From a virus (taxonomy: Duplodnaviria > Caudoviricetes): a stretch of 52,947 nucleotides of DNA. A program made the translations under genes and the position numbers. The first letter of the stretch is position 1; each line of letters starts with the position of its first letter. Location of the stretch: IMG/VR virus record IMGVR_UViG_3300025759_000132, positions 1 through 52,947 of that record; one strand, 5' to 3'. Shown here piece by piece: positions 16,971 through 26,377 of this stretch. Under the pieces are notes generated by a model. That model did no database searches. It was not told the origin of the DNA and saw only the letters and a program-made list of their open reading frames with translations.

Positions 16971-17153
16971 CTACTTAAATTCACAGTCTGTCATAATTTC
17001 AGTCAGACATGCATCTATTTCATTTTTAGTCAATAATCCTATATTGACAATTCTACCATATAATTCTTGTTTTGTCAATCTTTCCCAATCAGTAAGATGA
17101 TGTACAAAATCCTCATTATTCTCAAAGGTCTTTCCACACTCAGGACATATCAT
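16971..17153 (-). CDS. Zn-finger-like mini-protein ending in a copy of the gp44 C-terminus
   Basis: CPECGKTF..HH then ACLTEIMTDCEFK, identical to the last 13 aa of gp44. Confidence 0.6.
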   Translation of the reverse strand: MICPECGKTFENNEDFVHHLTDWERLTKQELYGRIVNIGLLTKNEIDACLTEIMTDCEFK

Positions 17154-17781
17154 TTTTCTTACCTTTAGAAAGATTATCTCTCCAGAACAACATCTGTAGA
17201 TTTTCCTTTGAACCTATGACCTCTGGGGGTATATTATTTTCCCAACCATAATAGCATGATATTTTATGATCTAACTGATACCCATCATTTCCAGCTACTA
17301 CACGTTCATAGTTTTCTGAATTAATTTCTTCCTTATATTTTTTGTAGTTTCTTTCAGTTATCACCCTAACTCTTTGTCTATATCTTTGATACTCTGGAGT
17401 ATCCTCTCTCCAACTATGGTGTTTTTGCCCTTTAGAATAATTTCCTGTTCTGATTTGTCCCTTTTGTTTCACACTTGCTTTTTTTATGCTTGAATGTGAT
17501 TGAGCAGTTTTACCTTTATTCCAAGGATCTTTGCCAGTATTGTCAATATGATCCATTCCTCTTTCTTTTGCTTTCAGAGACATCTTTGATAATGTTTCTT
17601 CACTATAGACATCTGACTTTCCTTTATTCCAAGGCTCCTTTCCTTTAAGCTTATCAGATATCTTTTTCCTCGTCTCATTGCTTGTTGGTTTTCTCGAGAA
17701 AGGTAATCTACCAGAAACCCATTCTTCACCAGGACATGTATTTGCTCTTTTGTTAATCTTGCCGTTGTTCCAGAATCTCAT
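17140..17781 (-). mobile_element. Free-standing HNH homing endonuclease with NUMOD3-like repeats
   Basis: ETRKKISDKLKGKEPWNKG repeats; YQLDHKIS..ENLQML..DNLSK. Confidence 0.8.
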
Positions 17782-17784
17782 ATC

Positions 17785-17825
17785 AAATGCCTCCTTGTTT
17801 TATCTATTTATACAAGATTGCATTT
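17785..17825 (-). promoter_or_regulatory. Late promoter inside an RBS-sequestering hairpin
   Basis: AAATGC..CTTG-TATAAATA..-CAAGGAG-GCATTT; promoter at 17805-17812. Confidence 0.7.
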
Positions 17826-17840
17826 GTCGCAGATATTTTT

Positions 17841-18779
17841 TTATTTAAACTCACAGTCTGTCATAATTTCTGTTAAACAGGCTACTAGATTGATCTCAGC
17901 GTCGCTGACGAAAGCAGACTTGTATGAATAGTCAGCAATATATAGTACAAGTCTCGGAACCGAACTACCTACTAGATATTCGCTGGCTGTATCATATAAC
18001 CGACGATAAAGAGCAGTAGGTTCAGTGTCGCCATTTGAACCAACCCACTTTCGCATTTCTTTGAAGTTACGCTCTTTTAGATAATTTATAAGAACACGAA
18101 AGTTATCTTCATTCATATTGACAAGAATACCAGAGTCGATAACACCAGATGATGCATATCGTTGTAACTCATTCAACACTCGCCGCCAATCAGGAAAGTG
18201 TTTCATAATTAACTCACCAACAACTTTGATATCGTATTCTACATTCTCTTGTTTGAGAATATTTTTTACACGAACCATAAATTGTTTGGCAAGTTCTGGT
18301 TTCTGTTTGTTTGGAATATTGAACTCAATTACCGAGCATCGAGAATGTAGTGGTTCAATGATACGATTCTTGAAGTTACAAGTCAGAACAAATCCACAGT
18401 TCTTTGAGTACTCTTCCATAAAGTTACGAAGAGCAGGTTGAGTCGATTGTGGATTGAGATAGTCTGCTTCGTCAAGGATTACGTACTTACGATTACCTGT
18501 CAATGAAACAGTTGAAGCAAAGTTCTTAATCTCAACTCGAAGTGTGTCGATGTTACCATTCAACGAACCGTTGATTACGATATAATCAAACCCACACTCC
18601 TCTAGCATAGCCCTGGCGACAGTAGTTTTACCGACGCCAGGACCACCAGCTAACAAAAGATTAGGAACGTAGTTTTTCTCTACCATAGCAGAGAACGTAG
18701 TTTTCAAATCAGATGGAAGAATACAATCTTCAATCTTACTTGGTCGATGGGATTCGACCCATAATAAATTATCACTCAT
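17841..18779 (-). CDS. gp44: Clamp loader AAA+ subunit
   Basis: GGPGVGKTT, ILDEADYL, QPALRNFME, LHSRC. Confidence 0.96.
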   Translation of the reverse strand: MSDNLLWVESHRPSKIEDCILPSDLKTTFSAMVEKNYVPNLLLAGGPGVGKTTVARAMLEECGFDYIVINGSLNGNIDTLRVEIKNFASTVSLTGNRKYVILDEADYLNPQSTQPALRNFMEEYSKNCGFVLTCNFKNRIIEPLHSRCSVIEFNIPNKQKPELAKQFMVRVKNILKQENVEYDIKVVGELIMKHFPDWRRVLNELQRYASSGVIDSGILVNMNEDNFRVLINYLKERNFKEMRKWVGSNGDTEPTALYRRLYDTASEYLVGSSVPRLVLYIADYSYKSAFVSDAEINLVACLTEIMTDCEFK

Positions 18780-18834
18780 GATAAAGTAACCTTCCTGTTA
18801 CGTTAAACCAATATAAAGTAATACGAAGGTTGCG

Positions 18835-19485
18835 TTATTTGCTCTCCGTTGCAATGTAGTACTGTAACTTACCTTCATTAGCAGAGAAGTGACTGATACC
18901 CTTCGAAGAAATGCGAACAGTATAATCTGCTGGCATGAAGCGAAGATTTTCAATCTTGAACGATAGATCAAACTCTTTATCAGTCTCACCAACAACATAA
19001 CGGAATACGTTACCACTAGCATTCTTGATATCACCAACAACGATAGTGATCTGACCATCAGCACCTACAACCGACCAGTTTGGCAGTTGAAGAACATTCG
19101 CAGCCTGTGTTGTTTTTTGTAGAACACTCTGAGTAAGTTCAAACTCGACAACAACGTCGGGTAGATCAATAGACTTTTCAGGTGGTTGAATAATCATACT
19201 CGGATCAGCGAATCGATATTCAACATGTGAAACACCATTCTTAATCGTAACACTCTGATCTGTAAATTCAAAATCTGGTTTCTCAAAAAGACTCACAGTG
19301 CCGAGAAATTGATTTAGATCATAGATACCAAAAGAAGATTCAAAAGAATCATCGATCTCAGCCATCGCTAAGATTGTCTTTTGTGGTGAGATAGTTCTAA
19401 CTGTATTACCAGACTTCACATAGATGCTGGGATTGATAGTAGTAAAACTCTTGAGAACACCAAGAGTATTTTCTGTAATTTGCAT
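18835..19485 (-). CDS. gp45: Sliding clamp
   Basis: LKSFTTINPSI, FGIYDLNQFL, FKIENL, YYIATE. Confidence 0.93.
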   Translation of the reverse strand: MQITENTLGVLKSFTTINPSIYVKSGNTVRTISPQKTILAMAEIDDSFESSFGIYDLNQFLGTVSLFEKPDFEFTDQSVTIKNGVSHVEYRFADPSMIIQPPEKSIDLPDVVVEFELTQSVLQKTTQAANVLQLPNWSVVGADGQITIVVGDIKNASGNVFRYVVGETDKEFDLSFKIENLRFMPADYTVRISSKGISHFSANEGKLQYYIATESK

Positions 19486-19542
19486 AATACACTAACCTTT
19501 CAAAAGTATCGAAAAACGTTTCTTAACTCAACAATAATATCT

Positions 19543-19571
19543 AATATACTATATTTCACTCCTTATGTCAA
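19543..19571 (-). promoter_or_regulatory. Sigma70-type promoter upstream of gp45
   Basis: TTGACA-17 nt-TATATT. Confidence 0.65.
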
Positions 19572-19577
19572 TAAAAA

Positions 19578-20420
19578 TTACTTCAATCTTTCTGTTGGAT
19601 CTGCGGTGCCAGAAACACCAGCGGCTGCTAACGCTTCAAGACTACCACCAAATACATATGATCCCATATGAGTTAGGCGCATCCATGGGCACAACCAAAC
19701 TTTGATTCCTGCTTTTCTTGCCCACTGACAGAACATATAATCTTCAGAAAGATATCGTTTAGATTCAGGATCGATCACACAATCAAAGTATGCCATAATT
19801 TCACGAGAACCATCAAATTCTTTCGTTCGAATATGATCAGGTAAATATTTAAATTCAGGATATGCTTCTTCGTATTTCTCAAATGCTTTACGCTGAATCA
19901 TCATAAATCCAGTGCCGCCTTCAAGCACTTCAACTGGTTTATCTAATTCAATCTCATTTGCTCCATCGGCTGGATTGAAAACATAATCGCCAACAAATTC
20001 ATTCAATGCATTAGGATTTTCATCAGCAAATCCTTTATCAACTGCTCGTTTAATTTTTTCCCAAGCAATCGTTTTCTTAGGATATGGACCACAAACAATG
20101 TCTTTATCAGAATCTGGATCAGCAATTGCTGCAAGAGCCAAAACATCGTTTGGATCAAATCCAATATCTGAATCAATAAACATTAAATGTGTAAAATGTT
20201 CATTACGAAGAAACTCATCTACACAATAATTTCTTGCACGAGTAATTAACGACTCATTAAACAGATAATAGAAATCGACATTAACACCATACTGTGTTGA
20301 CAGTTTACAAAGATCAGCTGTTGATTTAGTATAGTATCCAGTACAATTACCACCATACATTGGTGTTGCAACAAGAATGTTTCTTTTTCTTAGATCATCA
20401 ATATCAATTTCAATTTGCAT
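19578..20420 (-). CDS. GT-A fold glycosyltransferase-like protein
   Basis: VATPMYGG, ESLITRARN, FIDSDI (DxD), GTGFMMI, YLSEDY. Confidence 0.8.
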   Translation of the reverse strand: MQIEIDIDDLRKRNILVATPMYGGNCTGYYTKSTADLCKLSTQYGVNVDFYYLFNESLITRARNYCVDEFLRNEHFTHLMFIDSDIGFDPNDVLALAAIADPDSDKDIVCGPYPKKTIAWEKIKRAVDKGFADENPNALNEFVGDYVFNPADGANEIELDKPVEVLEGGTGFMMIQRKAFEKYEEAYPEFKYLPDHIRTKEFDGSREIMAYFDCVIDPESKRYLSEDYMFCQWARKAGIKVWLCPWMRLTHMGSYVFGGSLEALAAAGVSGTADPTERLK

Positions 20421-20699
20421 TTATTCTTTTTCTCCATGTTGTAGATCATGGTTATACATCGCAATGATTGCATAATGAATGATCTTCATAAGGTCTGCAC
20501 GATTATACCCATTCTTCTTGCCATATCGTTGAGCATACTTCATAATGTTACCAATACAAAATCCCTCACCATGACCGCCGTCAATGATGAATTCTGTTGC
20601 TTGATAGTTGTTTGTGGAATAATGCTCACCGTAAGTTCCATTAATATAATCTTGCACTTGCTGAAGGATTTCACCTTCATTGTATTTATACTCTGTCAT
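20421..20699 (-). CDS. DUF3310/SaV-like small protein
   Basis: HY, GFCIGNIMKYAQRYGKK, DLMKIIHY. Confidence 0.7.
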   Translation of the reverse strand: MTEYKYNEGEILQQVQDYINGTYGEHYSTNNYQATEFIIDGGHGEGFCIGNIMKYAQRYGKKNGYNRADLMKIIHYAIIAMYNHDLQHGEKE

Positions 20700-21607
20700 T
20701 TAGGATCTTCCCAATTCGTAATCAATTTCATTCCATAATTATTCACACCTTTTGGTATTTCAATATCAGATTTATATATCAAAGCATTTTTCTTAAATGG
20801 CAAATAATCAACGTAATGATGCCATCTACCATAACGCCATACAACACGAGCAACATCAGGATGCATCTTCGCTAACATCTCAGATTTGTTTACAGTGCCA
20901 AGAGCATTGTAATTCATATCTTCTACTTTGTCAAGCACTTTATCACCAATTTCTTTATGATAAAATTCTTCTGTGTTACCACCCTTTACAGTTTGAGTTG
21001 CTGCTTTGCCTTGAAGAAAGGCATTGAATTGAATCGTACAGTCACCATCTTTCAGGACACGGAGAGACAAATCAGTATCTTCATTATATCGACCACGCCA
21101 ACGATGTTTACAATTGTTATCAATCAACAAACAAGAATAGATTCGAGTGTTCGTTACAAATGGTGGATAGTGTTGATCCGGTGCAATAAAGAACCGATAC
21201 TGAAAACCAGATACTGGCACATTTTCAAAACGATCTATAAAATCTTCTGCTGCTTTAAAGATAGCACCACTACCAACACGAATACGTTTGTTCTTATGAA
21301 GGCGATAGAAGTCTGAAATGTTATCGTCCATTACCCAGTGCTTTTCAGCACCAATAGAGATTGAGTGGTCCCAACACCAGTTTCTTGCACGACCAGGACC
21401 ATCACCATGATTAGAGAATGGAGCAACAAGAAGAGTTACCCACTCACGAATATTAAATTCATCAAGTGCTTTTTCATAATTATCTAGGTCTTGTGGCTCA
21501 ATCGCAATGTAATGAGGCACACCGATCTTACTTAAAGACCTAGATGTAATCATAGAGTCGTGTCGACCCTTTGAAACAATATATACTGGTTGATTTGGAT
21601 TAGTCAT
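20696..21607 (-). CDS. TET-associated/GREB1-like glycosyltransferase (putative DNA modification)
   Basis: PVYIVSKGR, ARN, WVMDDNI, YNEDTDLSLR, KGGN. Confidence 0.7.
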   Translation of the reverse strand: MTNPNQPVYIVSKGRHDSMITSRSLSKIGVPHYIAIEPQDLDNYEKALDEFNIREWVTLLVAPFSNHGDGPGRARNWCWDHSISIGAEKHWVMDDNISDFYRLHKNKRIRVGSGAIFKAAEDFIDRFENVPVSGFQYRFFIAPDQHYPPFVTNTRIYSCLLIDNNCKHRWRGRYNEDTDLSLRVLKDGDCTIQFNAFLQGKAATQTVKGGNTEEFYHKEIGDKVLDKVEDMNYNALGTVNKSEMLAKMHPDVARVVWRYGRWHHYVDYLPFKKNALIYKSDIEIPKGVNNYGMKLITNWEDPK

Positions 21608-22475
21608 TAAAAAAGTTCTCCAAGGTATTATCGAAATATTTGTACGCTTTGCTCCATTTTATAATACTCTTACCTTGATTTCTATATCCACCTTCTTGTC
21701 GTGTATTACCACCACTTTTTTGATATAATATATTATATATGCCAGGAAACATTCTTGCAAGTGTTTTATGATCTTTTTGTGTCTGTTCTATTCGTTGACT
21801 ATCCCAAAGAACAGAGTTGAAAGTTTTACTAGCAACACTTTGATTGGCTATAACGTATTCATTTGAAACTCTATTACCAAAACCATTCACTAGCAACGAT
21901 AATAGAAAGCAAACATCTTCACCCACTCGAACTGATGTTAAATCAAGCATAGGCAACAAATCTTTAAAGTCAGATCCGTTTATCCAATACGTTGAAGTCA
22001 GAGAAGAGTTGTTAGTATAAAGTGTTGGAAAAGGAGGATTTTGAACTTGAGCACACCCGCAAACAGTTACTTCTGATTCATCTAACCATTCATCGAATAA
22101 TTTAAACATGTCTTCGACTTCAGAATGAGAAGCTACTTTTTTTGATTTTTCCATATTAGAATCTTCACCAAAATACTTTGTGTTTCTTTTATAGAAAGTA
22201 ATATCATCGTCTAATATAGAATACTTTATCTCTTTACCAGCCTCATAAATGAGTTTTCGAGTTTTAGGAAGACAATAATAATCCAAGTAATGATACTCGG
22301 AAGTGTCTGGTAATACTAAGTACTCACAATCATATTTGTATTCTGGTCTTTCCCATGCTTGCACGACCATAACAACTCGCTCTCTCAATGATGGAGAAAG
22401 ATTCTCATATGTGATTTGATTGTCAACTCTTTTTACGGTAGGTATAAAAATCTTTTCAATCATTCTTCGATCCAA
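21600..22475 (-). CDS. Second TET-associated-like glycosyltransferase
   Basis: IFIPTVKR, ILDDDI, GEDV; C-terminal NTLENFF. Confidence 0.6.
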   Translation of the reverse strand: MDRRMIEKIFIPTVKRVDNQITYENLSPSLRERVVMVVQAWERPEYKYDCEYLVLPDTSEYHYLDYYCLPKTRKLIYEAGKEIKYSILDDDITFYKRNTKYFGEDSNMEKSKKVASHSEVEDMFKLFDEWLDESEVTVCGCAQVQNPPFPTLYTNNSSLTSTYWINGSDFKDLLPMLDLTSVRVGEDVCFLLSLLVNGFGNRVSNEYVIANQSVASKTFNSVLWDSQRIEQTQKDHKTLARMFPGIYNILYQKSGGNTRQEGGYRNQGKSIIKWSKAYKYFDNTLENFFND

Positions 22476-22813
22476 CGTAATAAAGAATTCGCTGTACGAT
22501 CTAATTTAGGATGCCAGATTGCTGGATTGTTTTTAGATTTAGAAGAAGGAAACTGTCCAATCATTTCACAGAATTCGTTATAATCTTCTTCTGTCCGAAA
22601 ATGAACATATATTGTTTTAAATTTAGCATCTGTATTATTTTCGTTTTTAAATTCTGGCATACCTTGCCAATGTTTCTTCCAGTAATTTGGATGAGAAGAT
22701 TCTACATCAGGTATTTTACCTAAAAAGTCTTCGAGTGTATTATGTTTAGACTCGTCACTCTCATTCATTTCTTTCATAAAGTTGTCATATTTACCACTTT
22801 CTTCAACACTCAT
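22460..22813 (-). CDS. Hypothetical protein of the glycosyltransferase cluster
   Basis: WQGMPEF, VHFRTEEDY, IWHP. Confidence 0.65.
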   Translation of the reverse strand: MSVEESGKYDNFMKEMNESDESKHNTLEDFLGKIPDVESSHPNYWKKHWQGMPEFKNENNTDAKFKTIYVHFRTEEDYNEFCEMIGQFPSSKSKNNPAIWHPKLDRTANSLLRWIEE

Positions 22814-23433
22814 TATTCATTCTCCGCAATAATTAATTTTTGTAATCGCATAACATCGATGGCAACATCATGAATAGAATTATGCGTTTCAAACTTTTCT
22901 TGCCATTCTTCTAAAATGAAACTGGTCATCTTAGGAGCAAAGTTGAATTTAGCATCAATATATGTCCGAGTATCTCTCACATTCCAATGCTTCAGTCGAT
23001 TTGATAACTCGTCCATTCTATTCACATCAGTTGCCATTCTATATAGGATAATTGGATCGAAGGTATTAGACCTTGACCACCAATATTGTGCATTTGGATT
23101 AGAATATAAGAGTTTCATTACATTGTCAATGAATTCTTCAACAGAAATATCACGCTTACTAGGCTTGACAATTTCGTTTACTAGTTTTGGATCTTGACTC
23201 TTCCACCACGCAAGAGTATTTGGATCAATCTTGTATCCAAAATCTTCTACCTGAGGAGCAACTTTTAATTTGTCTTTGACGATGACAGATTCTACCAACT
23301 CTTCAAATGTATAGGGGTCAGTAAGAAATCTGTCAGCATCAAAGATACCATAAGAGCATTCGAGCACTGGGAATCCTTTTAGAATGTTAACTCCCAGTGT
23401 CTCGAAATCTAGTATGAAGTGTTTACCTTTCAT
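22813..23433 (-). CDS. dexA: DexA-like DEDDh 3'-5' exonuclease
   Basis: ILDFETLG, WSRSNTFDP, RDTRT, HNSIHDVAID. Confidence 0.75.
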   Translation of the reverse strand: MKGKHFILDFETLGVNILKGFPVLECSYGIFDADRFLTDPYTFEELVESVIVKDKLKVAPQVEDFGYKIDPNTLAWWKSQDPKLVNEIVKPSKRDISVEEFIDNVMKLLYSNPNAQYWWSRSNTFDPIILYRMATDVNRMDELSNRLKHWNVRDTRTYIDAKFNFAPKMTSFILEEWQEKFETHNSIHDVAIDVMRLQKLIIAENE

Positions 23434-24740
23434 AGAAAGTCCGATGAATTAGCAAATGTTATTTGAGGCTTACCTTTTTGACCTTCGTAAATATCTCCAG
23501 CAATGAATGTGTATTTGCTTGGATCATTAAAGTACTTTTTGAACCAAGATGAAAGTGATAGTGTAAATGATCCACTGTCAGTTTTCCAATCATCTTTACT
23601 CAATTCAGTCAACATTGCAAATATCTTTTTTGCATTGGCATCATAAACAACAAGTAAGAAATCGTGCTCATTGATTTCAACATTTCCTTTGCCGCCATAA
23701 AAGTAAGTTTGAGCACAAGTGTCTCCATATTGTGCAGCTTTTACTTCTATGAATTCTTTTTCAAATCCTTTTTTGCAAAGATCAGGAAATTGAACATCAG
23801 GATGTCCCATGTGATGTCTGGGAGTACGAGAATATATGCCAGAATCATTAAACGACTTTGCAGTGGCAGACATAAAAAAGTTAGATATCATTCCTGTAAA
23901 ATGATTCTGCTCTATTCCGAATTGAGAATCTAATATGGGATTGATACCGCCATAGTTTATCTCTACTGTCTGTTTGGTCCAATTCATTGCCAGATTCATT
24001 ATCTGCTTTTTAATTTCTGGTTTCTTTTCCATATAATCGTAGAAATTAAATCTGTTTGGATCTGGCTTATACTCTGGCTGCTTTTGCATAACCTTTCTAT
24101 ATGCGTTTTGTAAAGTAATTTCTCCTGCAGAAACTTTCTTTAATAACTCTTTGTCACGAGCATAGATATTAAGAGCCTTATTAAGGCTATTAACATCAAT
24201 TCGCCTATCAAAAGCAAATTGCTTCTTTATTTTAGGAGGTATGTTTTTTCCAAACTCTTCAAAATATGCTTCATTGTTAACTGTGTAAGCTCTTGCCGCC
24301 GTATAAAGATCAGACTCGTTCCTCTTGCCATCTAAATTGTATTTTTCAAGTGTTTTAATTTCAACAAATTTGCTAGTCGATGGATCATATTGAGTTGAAG
24401 ACACCGTAGCATACAAAAACGTCTGACCGTTTTCTAGTGCCGCATAATATCGTGTGTTACCAGAATATATAATACCGGTGTATTTACATACAACGATTGG
24501 CTGATGATTTGGCACACCAGTTTCGCTTTCATGCTCTTTTAAATACTTAGCTAATTCAGTTATGTTATGAGCATATTCTGCTTTAGGATAAAGTTCTTCG
24601 TTTAGTGGATGAACTTTCAAGTCTTTGAGATAAACTACATTAATCTCATTACCTTGATTATCGTTCACTGTATGAAAAAGATTAGTGAGTGGCTTGTCAG
24701 TATTGAGAACAGTCATAGACATCGTTTTCTCCGTTTTCAT
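23430..24740 (-). CDS. ParB/Srx-like N-terminal domain fused to a PD-(D/E)xK nuclease-like domain
   Basis: LKVHPLN..PIVV..IYSGNTRY (ParB-like); HPDV..IEVK (PD..ExK). Confidence 0.6.
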   Translation of the reverse strand: MKTEKTMSMTVLNTDKPLTNLFHTVNDNQGNEINVVYLKDLKVHPLNEELYPKAEYAHNITELAKYLKEHESETGVPNHQPIVVCKYTGIIYSGNTRYYAALENGQTFLYATVSSTQYDPSTSKFVEIKTLEKYNLDGKRNESDLYTAARAYTVNNEAYFEEFGKNIPPKIKKQFAFDRRIDVNSLNKALNIYARDKELLKKVSAGEITLQNAYRKVMQKQPEYKPDPNRFNFYDYMEKKPEIKKQIMNLAMNWTKQTVEINYGGINPILDSQFGIEQNHFTGMISNFFMSATAKSFNDSGIYSRTPRHHMGHPDVQFPDLCKKGFEKEFIEVKAAQYGDTCAQTYFYGGKGNVEINEHDFLLVVYDANAKKIFAMLTELSKDDWKTDSGSFTLSLSSWFKKYFNDPSKYTFIAGDIYEGQKGKPQITFANSSDFL

Positions 24741-24756
24741 AATAAATTAGATTCAC

Positions 24757-24785
24757 AATCTAACATACGATTCGTATCAAGTCAA
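24757..24785 (-). promoter_or_regulatory. Sigma70-type promoter with palindromic spacer
   Basis: TTGACT-17 nt-TAGATT; spacer contains ATACGA-A-TCGTAT palindrome. Confidence 0.55.
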
Positions 24786-25307
24786 CCTATTTTCAAAACT
24801 TTCTTTGAAACAATCATATTCTTTTGAGAACCAATCTTGAACTTCTTCCCAAAAATTAGGGCGATCATCGCCACCATCGTTGAACTCTTCAGATACTTCA
24901 TCATATGGAAGCATACCGAGAGTATCTTCGTAGTACTCTTCATCGAGATGTTCTTCGTAATTTGTATCTTTACCAAGACCATATACGCCAATAAAGTTAG
25001 GCATTTCGTCTTCGTAAGTTACCCAAACTACAGCATCTGGTGAATTGAGTTCGACAAGTTTTTCGTAAAGTTTATCATAAAACTGAACAGGCGGTGACCA
25101 AGCAGATGTGCATGAGATATTGGCAGAATCAATATCATCAAAGGTCAACCACTTTGCACCGACATTATCAATATACCAATCATAAGTATCATCATAATCT
25201 GAATAGAGTTCTTGAAGAAAAGTTTCCTCATTCATGTTTTCTAGAAATTCTTCTGCTTCGTCGGATAAATTTTCAAACGTAATATAAGAAGTTACATGAT
25301 TAGCCAT
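24777..25307 (-). CDS. DUF1281/YubB ferredoxin-like domain protein
   Basis: MANHV, WYIDNVGAKW, TSAWSPP, YEDE. Confidence 0.6.
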   Translation of the reverse strand: MANHVTSYITFENLSDEAEEFLENMNEETFLQELYSDYDDTYDWYIDNVGAKWLTFDDIDSANISCTSAWSPPVQFYDKLYEKLVELNSPDAVVWVTYEDEMPNFIGVYGLGKDTNYEEHLDEEYYEDTLGMLPYDEVSEEFNDGGDDRPNFWEEVQDWFSKEYDCFKESFENRLT

Positions 25308-25671
25308 TATATAATACCTTTTTCAAGTTAGGAGACCAGTAATTGGGACCTTTCAATACTTTCCCATCTTCACGGTGAATTGGTTTACCATCTTCACCAA
25401 GTTTACTCATGTTGCTATTATGCACCTCTTCAAAGCATTTGTCAAGATTAATTCCGAAAGAATGCCCTGCTCCATAGACAACATATAACAAATCAGTAAG
25501 AGCATCGGCAACTTCAATTAGATTGCGTTCATTCAATGCTTCACGAAGTTCATTCAGTTCTTCATCAATTAGATTATAACGAAGTTCAGATACAGAAGTC
25601 CACTGTGGTTCAGTCTCTACGTCTTGACCGAAGGAATTCATGAACTCTGCCACTTTTTCAAAATTTGTCAT
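25300..25671 (-). CDS. MazG-like NTP pyrophosphohydrolase
   Basis: LIDEELNEL, EVADALTDLLYVVYG, EVHNSNMSK, GKVLKGPNY. Confidence 0.88.
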   Translation of the reverse strand: MTNFEKVAEFMNSFGQDVETEPQWTSVSELRYNLIDEELNELREALNERNLIEVADALTDLLYVVYGAGHSFGINLDKCFEEVHNSNMSKLGEDGKPIHREDGKVLKGPNYWSPNLKKVLYNG

Positions 25672-26180
25672 GCTACTTTTTTCTTCAACCTTTGAATTTT
25701 CTTTTGATGGCGTTTAGCTTGCTCAAGATGATAACGCGTAGCTTTACGCGTAAATACAATACCTGAAAGGTGATCATATTCATGTTGAATAACACGAGCA
25801 GTGAATCCTGTATATTTCGTAGTCGTCGTTTCACCGTTGACATCTGTAAACCTCAATCGTATTTGTTGTGGTCGTTTTACTTTTACAAATAAACCAGGAT
25901 AAGTCAAACAACCTTCTTCATAATAAACATCTTCACCCATCGTGTCAATAATTTTTGGATTAAAAAATGCCATGATGGATTCTTTGTTGCTAGGATCTCC
26001 AACAACAAAAACGGAGTAAGGAATACCAACCTGTGGTGCAGCAAGACCTACACCATTCTTTTCGATCATTTTATTTGCCAAATCTTCGGCAAGTTTTCCT
26101 GGATCTCGATGAGGATTTTCAAAGTCGAATGGAATAGTTTGTGATTTAAGTATTGGATCATTTGGTTTAATCAGTTCCAT
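25668..26180 (-). CDS. def: Peptide deformylase
   Basis: GVGLAAPQVG, EGCL, QHEYDHL. Confidence 0.95.
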   Translation of the reverse strand: MELIKPNDPILKSQTIPFDFENPHRDPGKLAEDLANKMIEKNGVGLAAPQVGIPYSVFVVGDPSNKESIMAFFNPKIIDTMGEDVYYEEGCLTYPGLFVKVKRPQQIRLRFTDVNGETTTTKYTGFTARVIQHEYDHLSGIVFTRKATRYHLEQAKRHQKKIQRLKKKVA

Positions 26181-26377
26181 GTATACTCCTCAATTTTGTA
26201 ATTGGTAAATTTCGCTTGTTTTGCATATTCATCTGCAAGTTCTTCAGTTTCAAATAATCTTGGTGCTGCGTTTTCATAATATACACCTGGGTCAAAATGT
26301 ATTACCCAAAAATAGTGTTGTGCTTCATCAGTTTTGTATGTTTTTTCAAATGATACTTTAATTCCATATTTTTTCAT
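26171..26377 (-). CDS. Hypothetical protein (68 aa)
   Basis: Overlaps stop/start of both neighbours. Confidence 0.6.
   Translation of the reverse strand: MKKYGIKVSFEKTYKTDEAQHYFWVIHFDPGVYYENAAPRLFETEELADEYAKQAKFTNYKIEEYTWN

Larger units (their letters stand above)
16971..17882 (-). repeat. 42-nt imperfect direct repeat (16971-17012 and 17841-17882) flanking an HNH cassette
   Basis: 35/42 identical, 20-nt perfect core, all differences synonymous. Confidence 0.9.
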
